The notes beneath the pieces were generated by a model. The model did not search any database, was not told the DNA's origin, and worked only from the letters and a program-made list of their open reading frames with translations. Position numbers and translations under genes: made by a program. This document shows, piece after piece, positions 1 to 64,000 of a DNA stretch of 64,000 nucleotides. The stretch covers positions 18,786,001 to 18,850,000 of the forward strand of contig CM120645.1 of assembly GCA_051362555.1 (NCBI GenBank). Direction: 5' to 3'. Numbering within the stretch: the stretch's first letter is position 1; every line of letters begins with the position of its first letter. The stretch is from Lingula anatina (lineage: Eukaryota; Animalia; Brachiopoda).

Positions 1-70
1 GCAACACCATCCCCACTCTCCTCCTCTGCCTCCACGACGCCATCATCTGAGTGCAGCATCTCAATAGCAG
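1..70 (+). CDS. VGLL4: VGLL4/Tgi-like gene, penultimate coding exon (5' partial)
   Basis: Frame ATPSPLSSSASTTPSSECSISIA-G ends at GCAG|gttggt. Phase 1 joins exon 397-659 to give ISIAGSASVDDHF. Confidence 0.8.
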
Positions 71-396
71 GTTGGTGTGTGGGTTACATGAGACATAAAA
101 TATGGACATCTGATGATGGCTTGAAATGAAGCAATTTTGCTTCCTTATAGTTTAAGACATAGACTCTAGGAATCATTGCGAGTTAGGATAAGTGATAAGG
201 CATTTATGATACATGATTCCTGTTTGACTGAAATATATGACGAAAGCATCACTAAAATTTCTTGAATTTGGAGCCAACTAAGTTAGTTTTAACTTAAAAG
301 AGTTTTAAAAGCATTGATCAAAACATTTTGACCAAATGTAATTTCGGAAAAAAAAGCCAGAATTGTATCATTGTTGTACTGTTTATTTTATGATAG

Positions 397-659
397 GTTC
401 AGCTTCTGTAGACGATCACTTTGCCAGAGCTCTGGGAAACAGCACCTGGTCAGAAATTAAAGCTAAGAAGGAACCTGTGCAATTGGACATTTTAGCTGGT
501 TCTGTGGATGACCACTTTACAAAAGCTCTGGGGGACCAATGGCTGAAGATTAAGGCTGACAAAGAATTAACGAGGAAAGAGGCGGTCAATGGGGCATCTG
601 TGGCACATATGACGACCTCTTCACGTACACAGCCTTCACAGACTTTGGTGTCTTTATAG
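397..659 (+). CDS. VGLL4: VGLL4/Tgi-like gene, last coding exon with two Tondu (TDU) motifs
   Basis: Acceptor tgatag|GTTC. SVDDHFARALGNSTW and SVDDHFTKALGDQWLKIK match VGLL4 TDU2 (SVDDHFAKALGDTWLQIK). Stop TAG at 657-659. Confidence 0.9.
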
Positions 660-2539
660 ATTATTAGAAAACCAAGTAATCTTATTCTGACTGCTATGTA
701 CGTTTGTGAAAATTTCAAGGTTGGCTTTATAGCCTCATTTCCTGGATAAAAGAGATCAGCAGGATTGACAACTTATGACTGAGTGGTTTTTATGGATCTG
801 TTCAAACTTGAAATGGTGGCGCCTCCCTGTCGGGGCAAGTGTCAACAATGTGAAATGTTATGTGATGGCTTTTTTTCTTGGTTTAAAAATCATTTGGCTG
901 AAAACATTTGAGTGAAAAGGGTAAAATTCCAGTATTCATAGTGTTTAGACTGTCTTAAGGTCACATTCTCCAAGACAACACATCAAAAAAGGACAATAAT
1001 TTAATGTAAATGAACAAATGTCAAGGTTTTTGTTATGAACAGTTTCTTTCTTTTGTGCTTCTTTTAATTTAAGGTCAGAGTTCATGAAATAATGGCTTAT
1101 GTAATTGGCTAGTAAGTGATGATTCAGTAATCAATGTGATACATGTAGCTTGTCCAGTGATGTTGTAAAGCACACATTATTGAGCACTGTACAGTTTTCA
1201 TTCAGTTTTTCAGCGATGGGCTGTCAGAGTATTATTGTACATTGTATATACACTGTTGCTGTTGTAATCTTTACGGTTCATACCAAGTTCACTACAATAT
1301 GGACTCACTTCAGTTGGGGATTTTTTTCTACCTTCAGTTTTCATGGTTGTGCACTTGTAAATTAACCAGGATGTTTGGTTTGTTTTATAAGTATAATAAG
1401 TATAAGCAAAATGAGAAGTGTATGGTTCTTTCTAAAAAAAAAAAAAAAAAGCTCCAAGGCACAGTTGAAGGTGTGAGGCAAAAAGGCAGATAGAGGAAAG
1501 TATGGAAGGTCAACATAAAAGAGTGAAGAGCTTTTTTTCAAACCCAGGCATTGACACACAATCTGCAGGATTGACATAACCTGGGTGGGTGGAGTGCCAT
1601 AACTGCACTGCTTTGATCTACTGTTTCTTTTGAAGGATTAAAGTTAGAGAGAGGTCTACAGGTAGCAAAATTTGCTGTCTTAAGGCAAGCCGTGGATGGG
1701 TTTCATCTAAAAATTATAGGGTTTATAATGTAAGTCAGTAAGTTAATGTTATATTATAGTATTAAATTTAAAAGGAGAGAGGCACTGGCCTTATTGTGGT
1801 AAAGAAATAATATTATGCTATTTAAGGTACAGGAAAGTCATGCAGGACCAAGAAGATGGAGAAAAGAAATGGTCCAGATCCAACTGTGGGTGGTTTTCAT
1901 TCATCTCCAGAGCACCAAGTGCACACTAGGATAGGGTTTTGTTAGCACCACACCTTATGGTATCTTACCCATTGGAACAAATGTGAACTAGAGGTTTTCA
2001 TCATCTTTTGTAATTAATTAATAAGTAATTAAAAAGAAAACTGTTTCTGAATAGATTGATGCATTATATTTCAGCCCTTGACATGATCTTGATCACAAAT
2101 GATCAAGTGGTAAATGGTTAAAACATCATGCCTAATACCTAAATACATTTTTTTTTTGTTAAGAAACCATTTACCGTCTTACCAAATAGGTGATCGTCAT
2201 TGAAATGTGAGAATTAGAACAAAATATAACAATTTTGACCAAACCAGGTTAAAAATCCCATGGAATCCCTTTTGGTCAATTATGGGTCAGGATTGTTCTA
2301 AATTTTACTCAACTCAGATCTAAGATTAGAATCAAAGAGCAGGACTGTTTATTGTCTAAGTTATATCTTGTAAAACAAGAGTGAATTATTGGTGATATGT
2401 TAATAAATGTGAAATATGTTGTTAATGTATTTTGTAAATTGCTGTATTTTTTATAACTTACCACAAATGAGAAGATAAAGTCTCAAGTTCCGCTTTAAAT
2501 GTTACTTGTTGCCGATCTGGTACACATAATGAACTTGCT

Positions 2540-2545
2540 ATTAAA
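2540..2545 (+). promoter_or_regulatory. Candidate VGLL4 polyadenylation signal (ATTAAA; an AATAAA also lies at 2402-2407)
   Basis: Sits at the end of a T/TG-rich 3'UTR-like tract on +. Confidence 0.35.
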
Positions 2546-2588
2546 TAATTGAAAACACTGTAAACAATGTTGTCGCAACTCTCTTCAA

Positions 2589-2594
2589 TTTATT
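2589..2594 (-). promoter_or_regulatory. Candidate Cav1 polyadenylation signal (AATAAA on -)
   Basis: tttatt on +, near where strand composition switches from T-rich to A-rich. Confidence 0.35.
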
Positions 2595-5461
2595 GCACGC
2601 ATAAACAATCCTTGAAGGATTTTAAAATGCAAGGGGACTCCAGGCTTAACTAGAGAGCTTAAGTAAAAATGTGTCTGAAACTGCTATACATAATGTGATT
2701 CCTAATTCAGCTAAGGGTAGTCAGATTTGGTCTAGTTAGCAATAAGACTCTTCTCAATTCTGCACTGTTTCTATTACTGAACTCCATGACCAAATTCCAG
2801 ATTAACAATACTTAAATGAGTGTCATTCAAACTGTGAATGTTAAAAATATTAAGTACATACAGTTTTCGCATCACACATAACAAGACGTGTTGTAAAAAT
2901 AGGTATCCACCCCTCCTCTATCTGACTGTCCCATTTTCTTATAAATATACCTTAAAAATTATATAAGTTTTAGTATATCTTGTAGCATAAAAAACTGGCG
3001 CTTACAATAAGCACCTTTAACATGATACAGTAGCACAAAGAAGTGAGCATTGACCATGGTGTGACACTACTTCAACACTAAGACTTAAAAGTAGGAAAAA
3101 AAGTGCAATATTCCTGTCACATCAGCAGCCCTTGTTTCTTTAAACTTTCTGTTGTTTTTTCTTAATGCATACTATTAAGTCATAAGAATAATAGTAAGTT
3201 AAAAATACTTGGGCTATTTGTGAAAAGAATTTGTTTCAATACCAAATACACAACGCTACTGTTGGAGTGGTGTTATAAATGTTATAATAAATAAGACAAT
3301 AACCATTAATGAGAAAAAAATGTGCAAACTGCTGTGCAGAAAGTTGCACAATATCAAACCCATATCTAAGTGTCATCACAATACAAAGTCAAACAATACA
3401 AAGTTTGCAGTCTACTGTTTCACAATGTGATTGATCAGTTATAAAATGCACCAACATATCACTGCACCAGAGAAGTAGAAAACTTCCTGTTCCATTACAA
3501 AGAACAGGTCCTGGAGGCTTCTTCAACCTCCACCGCTTTTAGTTCAGTTGGTGCTCGGAAGACAAATGTTTAAATCCAGAAGAAAAGAGCACAGCCCTTC
3601 ATTGTATGCTTAGAAGCAAAACAAATACTCACTATGCAATCTGAAAATGTCGAACAGAAAACATATTCGTCCAAATTCACATACCTATATCACATATGGA
3701 TTGATGTCTAAATCATGTGTCTGTACCTACATACATGTACAATAAGGAATAAAAACAATTACATTAAAAGCTGTCATGTAATGCTAACAAAAAGAAAAAT
3801 TACCATCCTCATACCTCTTGGAGCAAACTCCAGCCTGTACATACAAGTTAGCACCTGGAGTAAATAAGTTGCTGTGACAAAAATCTCTTGCTTTACTTGT
3901 GCTGCCATCTACAGAACAATTACACAAAACCTTTTTCAAGACATTGTCTGCATGCGCTTTAACTTGTGACAACTGGTTTTACGTATCTCAATGTTGAAGA
4001 TGAAAGATTTTTTTCTTGTAAAATATTACATCTGTGTTATTTTCATTGTGGGAGGTTGGTATATCAAGCTAATAAATATAGCATTATTAATATGGCTACC
4101 AAATAGCCTTTTGGTACAAACTCGGGCTACACAATTTTTTTTTCACTTCAAATGTTGTTTTTTACAGTCCATTTCTATTTTAAATTATGGTGTACATGAA
4201 ACTGCTTCATTGAATTTCTATCAAATCAGCTAGAAACCCCAAGCACCTCTGCATTAGTCAACATATCTATGTCCAAAACAGAAAGAAGAATAAAAAAGGT
4301 TTCATTTTTAACACATGGAAAAAACTACTGAAGCAAGAATATAAGTGAAACAGGCACTTCTTATATGCTTAAGTAAAAACAATGAATATTACCATAAATA
4401 ATTAACCTGTCTAGGATATTAAAAAGAGATTCTGAAGTATTAATTATAAGAAATAAGAATGAAAAAAAAAGAAAGTTATATATACAAATTAAATACACAC
4501 AAAACCAAATGAAATCCCAAATAGCAAAAAACAAATTGCTGTCTAAACAGGAACATCACAAAGGTTTCACAAAATGTTATTTTTCTTTCCCATTCTTGTT
4601 CTTAACAAAACACAAAGCATTCATGGTTTCTACAACTTCCAGGCATATCTTAGCTATCACTATGTGCTAATATAACAACAATGAGATTCCTCAATTATTA
4701 AGGACTATGAACTGAAAGATCTAACTATTGTTATTATATGAATATTCAAGTTTAAAAACTGGTGAAATATGCAGCAACTAATGCATGTGCCTGCATGTTT
4801 TCATAAAAAAGAGATGATTCCTTACAATAATATCTATCACATGTAACAACAATCCTCATATTACAGTCTTAAACAGTGTGCAATATTACTTCACTCAAAC
4901 GGAGGTTTCAAGCAAAGGGCTGTTGAATAAAATATCTGTCAACAATCCTATTTATATAAGATATATATCAATGCTGTATAAAATTAGCAAGCATTTTCAA
5001 ATTTGTACTCAAATATTTTCTTTGAAACTATGTACAGCTGGAAGGAAATTTGTATGAAAAATTCACACTTCAATAACATTTTCCTCTTGGACATTTGCAA
5101 AGTCTTCATTTAAAAAGCACCAATTTGACCTTTTTACCCAAAGCTCATTTTCTGTGCTGACAATGGTAACCACCATTTTTCTTACATGACAAACGTAGTC
5201 TCTGTATTCTACAAGGTCATTTCAACCAAGGTCAGGGTCATACAAGGGCAAGGTCATCCAACTAATGTCAAGGTCACCAAAGGTCATTCACTTCATCATG
5301 AGGGAATGCTTACAGACGTCTCCTGTGTTGCCCACACACGTGCTATATGGAGCTGGGCTGGGAATAGCACACACACTGCTGCCATCTGATGGCAGCATCT
5401 GCAAACAAAAGAATTCTAGAACCACCAGACCACCACAGGGGGTGGCCATATTGCACAAGCG

Positions 5462-63368
<57,907 letters not shown>

Positions 63369-63422
63369 CTGATAACGCAAAGAAATACCAGAAAATCACT
63401 TACTAAGAACAAATCTACTTAA

Positions 63423-63712
63423 CCTGGGGCCTTGGCACAAAAGATCTTAAGCCCAAAGTTAATCTAAACTTTTAGACCAAAATTTAACTGTACTTTGGCC
63501 TAAGATAAATCAATAGTTACAGTTATCCAATTAAATGAAATATTATGACTCTTTTATAGTAAGAAAAACATGAATGATGTCTCAGGCCAATACTTCTTCT
63601 ATCTAGAAGGACTACTAAAAATTCATACAGAAGTGAAGTATACAAAAATTTTAGTCAGAAATTTAGATTCAAATTTTTGGGCCAAAACTATTTTGTGAAA
63701 AAAGCCCCTGGT
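63423..63712. mobile_element. Degenerate MITE
   Basis: cctggggccttggcacaaaaga...ttttgtgaaaaaagcccctgg inverted ends. Similar to 60522-60705. Confidence 0.55.
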
Positions 63713-64000
63713 CCTTTACCAAAAGCTTATATTTGATAAAGGAGTTATTTCAAGAATTTGAAAAATGTACACATCAAAGAAGCAAATCAAAGCTTAGAAA
63801 TTCACACAGTAAGATCACAATTAACCAAAAGTTATACAACTTTCAAAATCAAATGGAATAGAATGACAATGTGAGCCTGAAGGTGGCAGCAAGACCAGCT
63901 TCATATAAGGTATGGATTGAGAATAATCCAGCAGTAAAATCAGACAGATCACAGTAAAAATGCACTGCTACATCACATTTTGCTATTAATTGTTATCACC

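Overview
AT-rich, intron-rich animal genomic DNA. The channel residues and repeat types point to a lophotrochozoan, probably a mollusc (inference). Two genes lie tail to tail. On +, the last two coding exons of a VGLL4/Tgi-like TEAD cofactor end at 659. On -, the 3' two-thirds of an L-type (Cav1) voltage-gated Ca2+ channel alpha-1 gene runs from the II-III loop (63368) to the stop codon (5462). I traced it exon by exon using GT/AG sites and phase continuity. The main result is five tandemly duplicated, phase-matched exon pairs that look mutually exclusive: IIIS1, IIIS5, domain III turret/pore loop, domain IV turret/pore helix and IVS6/EF-hand. None matches the classic vertebrate Cav1 pairs in this region (IIIS2, IVS3), and both pore pairs swap an acidic outer vestibule for a much less acidic one. 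The introns also hold several frame-preserving microexon candidates (9-30 nt), candidate alternative C-terminal exons, Helentron-type (HINE) elements with ~160-bp satellite arrays and several fold-back MITEs. No transcript data were available, so all splicing calls are predictions from sequence.
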